Part shown: piece by piece, positions 27,173 through 36,305 of the stretch | Layout of the letters: every line of letters starts with the position of its first letter | How positions within the stretch are numbered: the stretch's first letter is position 1 | Virus record (IMG/VR): IMGVR_UViG_3300028558_000791 | Location: 62,001 to 126,000 of that record | DNA: 64,000 bases | Reading direction: 5' to 3' (one strand) | The notes under the pieces: model-generated | The model's database searches: none | What the model saw: only the letters and a program-made list of their open reading frames with translations | Told to the model about the DNA's origin: nothing | Made by a program: the position numbers and the translations under genes

Positions 27173-27310
27173 ATGCTTTTTATGTGGTGCTTACTAATTG
27201 CTGTGAATGGTTATTTTGCATATGCTAACCGTAAAAATTGGTTTGCTATTGTAAGTATTGCCTGCTGTGTTTGGTCAATTTTTCAAGCCGTTCAGTGCCT
27301 GAAAAACTGA
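27173..27310 (+). CDS. Small two-TM membrane protein (45 aa, not in the ORF track)
   Basis: MLFMWCLLIAVNGYFAYANRKNWFAIVSIACCVWSIFQAVQCLKN; GAGG SD. Confidence 0.45.
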   Translation: MLFMWCLLIAVNGYFAYANRKNWFAIVSIACCVWSIFQAVQCLKN

Positions 27311-27335
27311 TAGGCATAACGATATATATGTTTAT

Positions 27336-27382
27336 GAACCCAGTGAGGGTTCTTGACAATTAGATACACGGAGAGTGTTATT
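27336..27382 (+). promoter_or_regulatory. Two-hairpin leader element, copy 1 (before nadM-Nudix)
   Basis: GAACCC-AGTGA-GGGTTC ... ACAC-GGAGA-GTGT, then ATG. Confidence 0.65.
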
Positions 27383-28390
27383 ATGGAACAATATCAGTAT
27401 TGCGTCGTTGTTGGGCGTTTCGAGCCATTTCATCTTGCACATCATGAGCTTATTCGAGAAGCTCTGAGTTTGGCAAAGACTGCATTAGTCATTATTGGGA
27501 GCGCCCACAAGGCCCGCACCATTCAAAATCCTTGGACCGCTGTTGAGCGAGAAGCAATGATTGTTGCCGCCCTCACAGAAGAGGAAAGGGCACGAGTCAA
27601 ATTCTTCCATGTTCGCGACTACTTCTACACCAACAACCGTTGGTTGAGTGAAGTTCAGCAGCTTATTGCTGAGGCAACTGATGGAATTGAAGATGACCAG
27701 ATTTGCAACATTGGTGAGCCTGTAAACGACTTCTACTTCCCTCAGTGGAAGTATTTCAAGATGCGCAACCTAGATAGGATGCCGCATGCAACGAAGGTTC
27801 GTGATTTGTATTTCACTCACGATGCTGCATATAAGACCCATCTGGACGCTCCAGTTGCGGAAATCTTAGAAAACTTCAAAACGACTCTTGCCTTCAAGAC
27901 TTTGAAGGATGAGTATGATCATATCCGAAACTACCGCTCTTCCTGGGATGGTGCTCCCTTTCCTCCAACTTTTGTTACGATTGACTGCATTGTTATCAAG
28001 AGTGGTCACGTATTGACGGTCCGTCGAAAAGGTAGTCCTGGTCGAGGTTTGATTGCTCTTCCTGGCGGATTCTTGAACCAAAAGGAAACAATCCTTGAAG
28101 GAGCCCTTCGAGAGTTAAAGGAAGAGACTGGTATCAAGGTTTCCAAAGAGGAGCTTGAGAAGTCTATTATTGAGCAGAAAGTGTTCGACTACCCAGAGCG
28201 CTCTCTACGAGGCCGCACAATTACACATGCCTTCCTAATCAATCTAGGTCAAGGCCCACTTCCTGTCGTCAAAGGAATGGATGATGCCGACAAGGCATGG
28301 TGGATGTCACTAAGTGATTTGGCAACTAGGGAATCGGAATTCTTCGAAGACCACTTCCACATCATCACACACTTCATCAACAAATTCTAA
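27383..28390 (+). CDS. nadM: Bifunctional NMN adenylyltransferase / ADP-ribose pyrophosphatase (NadM-Nudix, NatV-like)
   Basis: VVGRFEPFHLAH, GSAH...NPWT, Nudix box ALPGGFLNQKETILEGALRELKEETG. Confidence 0.93.
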   Translation: MEQYQYCVVVGRFEPFHLAHHELIREALSLAKTALVIIGSAHKARTIQNPWTAVEREAMIVAALTEEERARVKFFHVRDYFYTNNRWLSEVQQLIAEATDGIEDDQICNIGEPVNDFYFPQWKYFKMRNLDRMPHATKVRDLYFTHDAAYKTHLDAPVAEILENFKTTLAFKTLKDEYDHIRNYRSSWDGAPFPPTFVTIDCIVIKSGHVLTVRRKGSPGRGLIALPGGFLNQKETILEGALRELKEETGIKVSKEELEKSIIEQKVFDYPERSLRGRTITHAFLINLGQGPLPVVKGMDDADKAWWMSLSDLATRESEFFEDHFHIITHFINKF

Positions 28391-28393
28391 GAA

Positions 28394-28437
28394 AAGTTCC
28401 CAGTGAGGGGATTTCAAATTAATACGGAGAGTATATC
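28394..28437 (+). promoter_or_regulatory. Two-hairpin leader element, copy 2 (before NAMPT)
   Basis: AAGTTCCC-AGTGA-GGGGATTT ... ATAC-GGAGA-GTAT, then ATG. Confidence 0.65.
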
Positions 28438-29841
28438 ATGAATTACGAAGCAGAGAATTTTCTCATCGATACGGATAGTTACAAGGCCAGCCATTACCTT
28501 CAATATCCTGAAGGAACAACGAGTATGTTTAGCTACATCGAATCTCGTGGTGGTGATTACAAGAAGACGGTGTTCTTCGGCCTACAATACTACGTCAAGA
28601 AGTACCTTACTCACAGAGTGACTGTGGAAGAGGTTGAAGAGGCCAAGGAGTTCTTCGAAGCACACGGAGAGCCATTCAACTACGAAGGTTGGATGTATAT
28701 CGCTAAGGAACTTGGTGGTAAGTTGCCGGTTCGTATTCGAGCCGTTCCCGAGGGTAGCGTTGTTCCTACTCACAATATCTTAGTCAGTATCGAATCTACT
28801 GATCCCAAAGTCTTTTGGGTGGTATCCTGGATCGAAACAATGCTACTTAGGGTCTGGTATCCTATCAACGTTGCAACCAGGAGTCACAAAATTAGACAGA
28901 TCATCTCAGAAGCCTTGAGAATCTCGGCAGATGATCCGCAGGCAGAAATCAATTTCAAGCTGCACGATTTCGGAAGCAGAGGCGTTTCGTCTCAGGAATC
29001 GGCAATGATTGGTGGAGCCGCTCATTTGGTTAACTTCATGGGTTCCGATACTGTCGTTGGTGTGCGATGCGCCAACAAATTCTACAACTCTAAGATGGCT
29101 GGTTTCAGTATCCCTGCCATGGAGCACAGCTCAGTTACCTCTTGGGGCAGAGAGCACGAAGCTGATGCCTACCGCAACATGCTTCAGAAGACTGGAAAAC
29201 CGGGCGGATTAGTTGCTTGTGTAAGCGACTCTTACGATCTGTGGAATGCCTGTTCTAACCTGTGGGGCAAAGAACTGAAGGATGAAGTGATCAAGTCGGG
29301 AGCTACTGTAGTTATCCGTCCTGACTCTGGAGATCCTTCCAGTGTTGTCCTCCGCACTGCACAATTGCTTGAAGAAAAGTTTGGAGTTACTGTCAATAGC
29401 AAAGGCTTCAAGGTTCTCAACAATGTACGCATTATCCAGGGAGACGGTATCAATGAAGACTCAATTCAAGAGATCCTTAACAATTTGCTGGATCATACTT
29501 ACAGCGCCAGCAATATTGCTTTTGGTATGGGCGGCGCTCTGCTACAGCAACATAATCGCGATACACTGAAGTTCGCCATGAAGTGTAGCCACATCTATCG
29601 TACGGTAGATGGTAAGGAAGTTTCAGTGGATGTCTTCAAGGATCCTGTTACTGACCACGGTAAAGTTAGTAAGGCTGGCCGTTTGGATTTGATTCGTGAC
29701 ATGTCTGGCAATTGGTCCACTGTCACTCTTGGAGACAAAGATCATCACCTGTTGACGGTGATGGATCTTGTCTATGAGAATGGTGAGGTTCTCAAGGAAT
29801 ATACGTTTGACGAAATTAGAAACCGTGCGAAGGGAGTGTAA
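28438..29841 (+). CDS. nadV: Nicotinamide phosphoribosyltransferase (NAMPT)
   Basis: DTDSYKASH, LHDFGSRG, IPAMEHS, VSDSYD, IRPDSGD, IIQGDG, FGMGGALLQ. Confidence 0.95.
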   Translation: MNYEAENFLIDTDSYKASHYLQYPEGTTSMFSYIESRGGDYKKTVFFGLQYYVKKYLTHRVTVEEVEEAKEFFEAHGEPFNYEGWMYIAKELGGKLPVRIRAVPEGSVVPTHNILVSIESTDPKVFWVVSWIETMLLRVWYPINVATRSHKIRQIISEALRISADDPQAEINFKLHDFGSRGVSSQESAMIGGAAHLVNFMGSDTVVGVRCANKFYNSKMAGFSIPAMEHSSVTSWGREHEADAYRNMLQKTGKPGGLVACVSDSYDLWNACSNLWGKELKDEVIKSGATVVIRPDSGDPSSVVLRTAQLLEEKFGVTVNSKGFKVLNNVRIIQGDGINEDSIQEILNNLLDHTYSASNIAFGMGGALLQQHNRDTLKFAMKCSHIYRTVDGKEVSVDVFKDPVTDHGKVSKAGRLDLIRDMSGNWSTVTLGDKDHHLLTVMDLVYENGEVLKEYTFDEIRNRAKGV

Positions 29842-29842
29842 C

Positions 29843-30742
29843 ATGATTAAAGACTATCTAAAAACTGCAATTCATATCGAAACTTGGATCAAAAATTACG
29901 CTGCCAAAGCAGGTGTTTCTACATTAGTTCTGGGCCTTTCTGGCGGAATTGACTCTGCTGTCTGTGCCTTACTCATCAAACGAACTGGAATTCCTTTGGT
30001 GTGTGTTAACATGCCATGTCATAGTTCCTCTTCTGCTTATGACCGTGCTAAGGCATTTGCTGATGAGAATGACATTAAGCTGATGAAGGTTGATTTGTCA
30101 GCGGCCCATGCAGTCATTGCTGATCAACTAACTGTCCAGGCACCATTTGATTGGCAAAGCAAAGGTTCTGCTGGCGGACTTCGTTCTTGCCTCAGAGCAC
30201 CAACTCTATCCTATGTTGCTCATGCCACCAACGGAATCATCGTTGGTACTGGCAATCGTAGTGAAGACCGTATCACCCGTTACTTTCAGAAGTTTGGTGA
30301 TGGTTGCGTAGACTTCTCACCAATTGCTGACTTGTGGAAGTCGGAAGTGTATGCCCTGTTCAAGTTCCTTGCTGAGGAAAACAATGGTGTCATGGGTCCT
30401 GGTGCACAGGCTATCTATGATGCTAAGCCAAGTGCTGACCTTTGGGGAGCTGATTCTGGTCAAGAAGATGAGAAAGAGCTTGGCATCTCCTATGATGAGA
30501 TTGAGTGGGCTGATCGTGAAGATGTTGACTCACAAGGTGAAGGTGCTTGGGGTCAGCCTATGCCAGGAATTATCTTCCTAGATTCTCACCCCGAGGAACA
30601 TGAACGTTGGGGCTCCTATACTCCACGTCAGCAAGAAGTCATTAAGACCCTTCATCGTATGGAGAAGACCTCTCGTCATAAGGCTAATCCAGCTATGCCA
30701 GTCTGTAATGTGCATGACCCTAAACTTGAACTTTGCGAGTAA
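29843..30742 (+). CDS. nadE: NH3-dependent NAD synthetase
   Basis: LVLGLSGGIDSAV, GTGNRSE, YFQKFGDG, PIADLWKSEV, PSADLW. Confidence 0.9.
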   Translation: MIKDYLKTAIHIETWIKNYAAKAGVSTLVLGLSGGIDSAVCALLIKRTGIPLVCVNMPCHSSSSAYDRAKAFADENDIKLMKVDLSAAHAVIADQLTVQAPFDWQSKGSAGGLRSCLRAPTLSYVAHATNGIIVGTGNRSEDRITRYFQKFGDGCVDFSPIADLWKSEVYALFKFLAEENNGVMGPGAQAIYDAKPSADLWGADSGQEDEKELGISYDEIEWADREDVDSQGEGAWGQPMPGIIFLDSHPEEHERWGSYTPRQQEVIKTLHRMEKTSRHKANPAMPVCNVHDPKLELCE

Positions 30743-30745
30743 ACC

Positions 30746-31021
30746 ATGAAAGTTCTTAAAAGACCCAATACCGAATGGTCGATGAAACATACCTGTACTC
30801 ATTGTACTGCCGAATTGGAAGTGGAGAAAAGTGATGTGAAATTCACTAGTCATCCCGGCGACTTCCGAGATCCGGGATATGAAACCTGGTCAGCCACTTG
30901 TCCGGTTTGCTCCAATACTTTCAATATCAAGGAATCGACGCTTCCAAAGATTGTTCAAATTGAAATCAAAAAGCGCCAACCTGATAATGGGCCGTATGGT
31001 GGTGGATATTACGATCGCTAA
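30746..31021 (+). CDS. Zn-ribbon protein, paralog 1
   Basis: MKVL...CTHC...GDFRDPGY...CPVC...LPKIVQ. Confidence 0.75.
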   Translation: MKVLKRPNTEWSMKHTCTHCTAELEVEKSDVKFTSHPGDFRDPGYETWSATCPVCSNTFNIKESTLPKIVQIEIKKRQPDNGPYGGGYYDR

Positions 31022-31056
31022 ACACCTAATATTTTCCTATCCTTATTAGGTGCAAA

Positions 31057-31413
31057 ATGAAAATAAGTGACAAATTGTATGGAAAATACGCTTCTAGGTC
31101 TCCGCTTTTACCACCAGAAGGTGAAGAAGTATTAGTTTCCATTCCAAAACACAATAAATTTCCATCTATTGCCGACCTTACTCCAGAGGAAATGGAGCAG
31201 TGGGAAAAGTTTGTTGAGAACAAGAAGATTGAAAAAGAGCTTGCAAAAGATTTGGACCTCACTAAAAAAATGGTTGATATTGGTAAAGAAGATAAACTTG
31301 AAAAAGAGCTTGGCACTTTACCGGCCGTACCATCTAAAAAGCAAGGCGATTTGTCACCTGATTCTTTGTTGAAGAAATGTAGTCAGTATTACGATTTGTG
31401 TACCAAGTTCTAA
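31057..31413 (+). CDS. Hypothetical protein
   Basis: 118-aa ORF downstream of an AATA-N6-TAT motif at 31028. Confidence 0.65.
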   Translation: MKISDKLYGKYASRSPLLPPEGEEVLVSIPKHNKFPSIADLTPEEMEQWEKFVENKKIEKELAKDLDLTKKMVDIGKEDKLEKELGTLPAVPSKKQGDLSPDSLLKKCSQYYDLCTKF

Positions 31414-31425
31414 GTCAGAGGTAAT

Positions 31426-31677
31426 ATGAAAGTCCTCCAATATAGTATTGATCCTAAAGTGTGGACCCATGCAATCACTTGTGATTGGTGTAAGTCTCAA
31501 ATTGAAATCAGTGCCGATGATTTGTCTCACGAAGGTGAGAGAGGCGATTATGTGGATCCGGGCTGGGACCGTTATACATGTGATTGTGGCGCTTGTGGTC
31601 ATGAGATAGAAGTTCCTGAGAAGCAGCTTCCTAACATCATTCAATCCTACGCAAGGAAACGAAAAAAGAAACGATGA
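31426..31677 (+). CDS. Zn-ribbon protein, paralog 2
   Basis: MKVL...CDWC...GDYVDPGW...CGAC...LPNIIQ. Confidence 0.75.
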   Translation: MKVLQYSIDPKVWTHAITCDWCKSQIEISADDLSHEGERGDYVDPGWDRYTCDCGACGHEIEVPEKQLPNIIQSYARKRKKKR

Positions 31678-32240
31678 TCTATGCTGTAAGTTTCAAGCAT
31701 ACCATCCCCGAAGGTTCTTTATCTATGGACGTTACCTCCAGGTCTAATACCTGGGGAAGGCACTTCAGTCCATTCAATCTAGGGCCAGTGGACCTGTATG
31801 ATGGATATGTGGCCAAGAACATTGAGAATGCTTTTCAGTTCTCTAGGGTTTATCCCGAGTACTCTACTGTGGACGGTGTACCGTCGGAACACTATTGGGA
31901 GTGGGCAAAGATTGGTTGGGCCGAATCTAAGCCTATCAAATATCCTATGGGTGTTTGGAATAAGCATTTGTATCATTGGTGGGATGGTAAGAAGCTAGGA
32001 ATGTTAGAAGCTCAGAATCAAATATTCTTACCATTGTATAAGAAGGCCGTCATCAAAACCCCAGCCTTTGAGAAGCTAAAGTATTTTTACGAAAACTCAA
32101 AGCAAGACATTTACCTGATCGATTTCGAAGGTTATAATCATCGATACCTGGAAAAAACCTGGGATCAGGTGATCAGCGATCCTGATAGACCTGTAGGCCA
32201 AGCTTTTGCTCTTTGTATGATATTAGAGGGATTTCTATGA
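31674..32240 (+). CDS. Hypothetical protein, possibly NADAR-related
   Basis: FSPFNLGP...NIENAFQFSRVY resembles the NADAR E-x-x-(Y/F)-Q-x-x-K core. Confidence 0.7.
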   Translation: MIYAVSFKHTIPEGSLSMDVTSRSNTWGRHFSPFNLGPVDLYDGYVAKNIENAFQFSRVYPEYSTVDGVPSEHYWEWAKIGWAESKPIKYPMGVWNKHLYHWWDGKKLGMLEAQNQIFLPLYKKAVIKTPAFEKLKYFYENSKQDIYLIDFEGYNHRYLEKTWDQVISDPDRPVGQAFALCMILEGFL

Positions 32241-32539
32241 AAAAGAATACGACTTGGCATGAACAGCTTGATGAGATTGTAATTGACAATATCTTCGGGC
32301 ATAACCTTGAGTGGGATGTCAAAGATGTTCGCAAGTACATTCTCAAACTAGAAGAGTTGGGCGCCTGGGAAATCAAAATTCTAGATTTGGATAGTTTACA
32401 GTTCACTTTGCCCGTTGGAGAATCACAGGTTACTTTGTTGATCTGGATTCTCACGGGCGGAGGTTCTCATGGTAGGATGCCGTCTTCGGTTAATCATAAC
32501 AAGAAGAAAAGAACCCTGCGATTGAATTTCGATTGGTAA
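32237..32539 (+). CDS. Hypothetical protein
   Basis: Coupled ORF. Confidence 0.65.
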   Translation: MKKNTTWHEQLDEIVIDNIFGHNLEWDVKDVRKYILKLEELGAWEIKILDLDSLQFTLPVGESQVTLLIWILTGGGSHGRMPSSVNHNKKKRTLRLNFDW

Positions 32540-32540
32540 T

Positions 32541-32813
32541 ATGATAAGTATTGACGAAGAGATTCAAAGAATAATTCACTTCTTGAGCCAAGGAATCGAT
32601 TATACGCTCACTATAGGGATTCTTAGTATTACCCCGATCTGTTCAGATGAGGCTTGCTGGGTGGTGAGTTGGCAAGAACAGATTGATGATACTATTCTAG
32701 AATGCCAGAAGGATTTTATATCCTTGTTCGATGCTGCACAGTATTTTGTCGAGAAAAGACGCTATATGTGCATTGGATCTGATTTTGATACATTGGAGAA
32801 TGATAATGAGTAG
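32541..32813 (+). CDS. Hypothetical protein
   Basis: 90-aa ORF. Confidence 0.65.
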   Translation: MISIDEEIQRIIHFLSQGIDYTLTIGILSITPICSDEACWVVSWQEQIDDTILECQKDFISLFDAAQYFVEKRRYMCIGSDFDTLENDNE

Positions 32814-33723
32814 CGTATTACTTGGTACTGCAATTGGTGATGCCTTGGGTGTTCCATTTGAAACTAAACTTGCTAACTATGAGTTGTTGGTTGCTTGGGA
32901 TGGTGAAACCTATTTAGGTAGCGAGCATCACGGCCTCAAACCTGGACAATACTCTGATGATACTCAGATGAGTCTGATGGTTGCCGAATCTCTTATCGAG
33001 AACCATGGATTCAATCCCGATGACTTAGCCGAACGCTATGTTGAATGGATTACATCTGGCAGGGCTAGAGGTTATGGTAAAACAACCCTATTAGCCATTC
33101 AAAATTTGGTCAATGGTAAACACTGGAGCGAATCTGGTATTGCTGGTTCCTATGGAAATGGAACCGCTATGCGAGCTGCTCCATTTGGAGTTTACTTCCG
33201 CAATGATTTACAGTCCCTAATCAGTATTTGTAAGATGGATAGTTCTATCACCCACGCTTCTGATGAGGCTGAAGCCGGTTCTATTGCTATTGGGTATGCA
33301 GCAGCCTATGCGGTCAATGGCGAGAAGGAAGGGTTACTAGATGAATTGTGGCGAATTCTGCCGGACAGCAAGGTAAAAAGTATCATTTACAGCCTTGACT
33401 CCTTGATTGATTCGCCTTACATTACACCGGAACAAGCGCTCCGTGTGATTGGAACTAAGGCAGATGTTCGACAGACTGCTCCAGCCGCATTGTATTGTTT
33501 CCTAAAGTTTGAGACCTATGCAGAGGCAATACAAGCCGCCATTAGAGCTGGTGGAGATACAGATACCACGGCTGCCATTGTAGGAGCTTTGTTTGCTGCC
33601 AGAGATGGTACGTTGAATATCTCTGATGCTTGGATTAGTGGTGTAGAGGAATCTAGTAGGCTCATGGAGCTAGATAGTCAACTTTACAACCGATCAAACG
33701 ATTCGTTTCTGAAAAGAGGATAA
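32806..33723 (+). CDS. ADP-ribosylglycohydrolase (ARH3/DraG family), copy 2
   Basis: GTAIGDALG, YSDDTQM, GNGTAMRAAP, GGDTDTTAAIVGAL. Confidence 0.92.
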   Translation: MSSVLLGTAIGDALGVPFETKLANYELLVAWDGETYLGSEHHGLKPGQYSDDTQMSLMVAESLIENHGFNPDDLAERYVEWITSGRARGYGKTTLLAIQNLVNGKHWSESGIAGSYGNGTAMRAAPFGVYFRNDLQSLISICKMDSSITHASDEAEAGSIAIGYAAAYAVNGEKEGLLDELWRILPDSKVKSIIYSLDSLIDSPYITPEQALRVIGTKADVRQTAPAALYCFLKFETYAEAIQAAIRAGGDTDTTAAIVGALFAARDGTLNISDAWISGVEESSRLMELDSQLYNRSNDSFLKRG

Positions 33724-33725
33724 TC

Positions 33726-34814
33726 ATGGGTTGTTGGAATGAAACTTGTGGCATTACTCAAATGCCAATCGAAGGTGGCGATAAGGTACGAATGTTCCTT
33801 ATCGTGGAAGCCGAGCATTGGGATGAGGGTGGAGCGCTCTATCACTCAACTGACTTATGGAAGCCATTTGGTTTGCCACTCAAGGGCACTTATGACGAGT
33901 ATGGTAGAATCGAAGACATCGAAGAAGATGCTCTCTCTGATTTACTTCTCGCCTCCCTCAAAGAGATTATTGTAGAAGTCCCCAATAGAATGGGCGATAT
34001 TTTCAAGCGTGAAGAATTGACTTGGGAAACCGCCATTGATTTCTTGACTGACGAAGGCTTGCGGGTTACTGACCCCAATCACATCAGTTTTATTGGCAAG
34101 AAATTGGATGAATTACTTGCGGAGATGAAGGTAAAGTTTCCGGATTTGCCAGCCAATGGTTGGTCTTCGGAAAGATCCGATCTCTCTAAGCAGCAAAAGA
34201 AAGCTGTCAAAGAAGATCCGAACATTGTTCGTATGTATCATATGATGGTACATGAAGACGTCTATCAGGCTTTGGTCAATTACAAAGTGCCTTCTACTCG
34301 TTTTAGCTCTTGGACTGACGGCAATCTCCGAGCAGAGATGGAAGCTGGCGCCAAAGAATACATTGCTCAAGTTCGAACTGATTTGGCCTCACTCACTGGA
34401 TTATCAGAGGTTGATGCCCTAGATAGCAAATTCCGCAAATCTATGCGTCGTTATGAAACGAGAAATCGTTTTGTTTCTGCTACCAATCATCTGACTGGTA
34501 ACTATGGTTCTGGAGAATATCTGCGCAAGTATCTTGATTTCGTAGAAAAAAGAATTGCTGATGGCGCATCTGATGATGATGCACAAATCAAGATTCTAAC
34601 AGATCAATTCATTGATTTTGTTTGTTTCAACCAGGCAATGACTCTATTGCGTAAGATGTGGTTACCACAATCTGGTAAGGGCGGTCAAGACCGCGAGTAT
34701 GTGTTACACAAGTATCTTGGTCAAGTCATCACCGACTTCTCTGATAAAAAGATGAAGGCTTGGGATGAGCAGATGGCCGAGTATGAGGAGAAAGATGCCG
34801 AAGAAAGTAAGTAA
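33726..34814 (+). CDS. Hypothetical protein
   Basis: 362-aa ORF starting MGCWNETCGITQMPI. Confidence 0.8.
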   Translation: MGCWNETCGITQMPIEGGDKVRMFLIVEAEHWDEGGALYHSTDLWKPFGLPLKGTYDEYGRIEDIEEDALSDLLLASLKEIIVEVPNRMGDIFKREELTWETAIDFLTDEGLRVTDPNHISFIGKKLDELLAEMKVKFPDLPANGWSSERSDLSKQQKKAVKEDPNIVRMYHMMVHEDVYQALVNYKVPSTRFSSWTDGNLRAEMEAGAKEYIAQVRTDLASLTGLSEVDALDSKFRKSMRRYETRNRFVSATNHLTGNYGSGEYLRKYLDFVEKRIADGASDDDAQIKILTDQFIDFVCFNQAMTLLRKMWLPQSGKGGQDREYVLHKYLGQVITDFSDKKMKAWDEQMAEYEEKDAEESK

Positions 34815-36288
34815 GTTTCCTCCTAAGAAACCAGACAACTCTCATCTGCGCATTGCCGCACCCAAGAGAAACTGGTCTAAGTTTCAGAAAGATATCTTCC
34901 GAGATATCAACGGTGGAGCTGGCCATACAGTTGTCATTGCCCGAGCTGGGTCTGGAAAGACTTCTACCATTGTCGAAGGTTTCAAGTACCTACCCAAAGG
35001 TAAGAAGACTTTAATGGTGGCTTTCAACAAGTCCATTGCCGAAGAACTAAAACAACGCGCACCATCTTATGTAGACGTAATGACCCTGCACTCTCTGGGC
35101 TTCCGAGCTATCAAGCAGAGTTTTGGGCCTGATGTCGTTCTAGATAACAATAAAACTCATACACTTATCTCCACCTTAATTGGGGATGATAGGGATATGT
35201 GGGAAGTCAATCAGAGCATTGCTAAGTGCGTTTCGCTTTGCAAGGGTTTCTTGTTCGATACTCCAGCTAAGATTGGGGATTTGATTGATAAGTTTGGAAT
35301 CGAGATATTCGATTACTCCCGTGAGAAGTTTACGGAACTGGTCATCAAAACTCTAGGTCTCTGCAAAGCTAAGAAGAATGTTATTGATTTTGATGACATG
35401 ATTTGGTTTCCTTTCGTTTATCGTTTGAATGTCGGTAAATTTGACGTTGTCTTTGTTGACGAAGCTCAAGATTTGAATGCCGCTCAAATGGCAATGGTTC
35501 TTTCCGCCAATAAAATGGACGGCCGTATCATTGCAGTAGGCGATCCAGCTCAGAGCATTTATCAGTTCCGAGGAGCTGATAGTGAGGCAATTCCAAACTT
35601 TATCACCAAACTCAGTGCCAAGTCGCTGCCTTTGTCGGTCACCTACCGTTGCCCGACCAAGATCGTAGCCCTAGCGAAGGAAATTGTACCTGACATTGAG
35701 GCGGCCGAGAACGCCCCAGAAGGTACAGTGGAGGAGGTGCCGGCAGAACAAATTCTTAAATTGGTTAGGGCGGGGGATTTCGTACTCTCCAGGACCAATG
35801 CGCCCCTTATCAAACACTGTATGGCATTGCTGCGTGCAGGTATTCCAGCTAATATCCAAGGAAGAGATGTTGGGTCCAATCTACAATATTTTATCAAAAA
35901 GTCTAAAGCGAAGACTATTGTTCAATTTACAGAATATGTGAATACCTGGAGAGAACAAGAGGTAAAGAGATTGTTGGGAGAAAAGAAAGATCCAATCGCA
36001 ACGGTAGATAAAGCGGAATGCTTGTTAAACCTCTGTGAAGGTACCCTTACAATTAAGGACCTAAAAGAGACAATAGAGAAGCTTTTCAATGATACTGATG
36101 ATCATGCTAAGGTTATTTTTTCAACAACACATAAGGCCAAAGGTCTGGAACGCGATCGTGTCTTTGTTCTCGTCAACACCTACCGATACGGACCAGGAGT
36201 CGAAGGAGAAGAGGCCAACCTCTGGTATGTGGCGGTAACTCGTAGTAAATCTGAGTTGTATCTGGTAAAGAAACATTTGAAGCAATAA
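34795..36288 (+). CDS. SF1 UvrD/Rep-like helicase
   Basis: ARAGSGKT, VDEAQD, GDPAQSIYQFRGA, TYRCP, STTHKAKGLE, YVAVTR; GAGGAG SD before ATG 34795. Confidence 0.93.
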   Translation: MPKKVSKFPPKKPDNSHLRIAAPKRNWSKFQKDIFRDINGGAGHTVVIARAGSGKTSTIVEGFKYLPKGKKTLMVAFNKSIAEELKQRAPSYVDVMTLHSLGFRAIKQSFGPDVVLDNNKTHTLISTLIGDDRDMWEVNQSIAKCVSLCKGFLFDTPAKIGDLIDKFGIEIFDYSREKFTELVIKTLGLCKAKKNVIDFDDMIWFPFVYRLNVGKFDVVFVDEAQDLNAAQMAMVLSANKMDGRIIAVGDPAQSIYQFRGADSEAIPNFITKLSAKSLPLSVTYRCPTKIVALAKEIVPDIEAAENAPEGTVEEVPAEQILKLVRAGDFVLSRTNAPLIKHCMALLRAGIPANIQGRDVGSNLQYFIKKSKAKTIVQFTEYVNTWREQEVKRLLGEKKDPIATVDKAECLLNLCEGTLTIKDLKETIEKLFNDTDDHAKVIFSTTHKAKGLERDRVFVLVNTYRYGPGVEGEEANLWYVAVTRSKSELYLVKKHLKQ

Positions 36289-36305
36289 TCTCGTATTTAG
36301 CTGAG

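Noticed and set aside
27336-27382. Identifying the twin NAD leader as a known NAD-I, NAD-II or preQ1 riboswitch, or an NrtR operator
   Set aside because: The size and conserved nucleotides do not match those consensus models as I recall them, and no NrtR-type long palindrome is present. It is kept as an unassigned element pending an Rfam scan.
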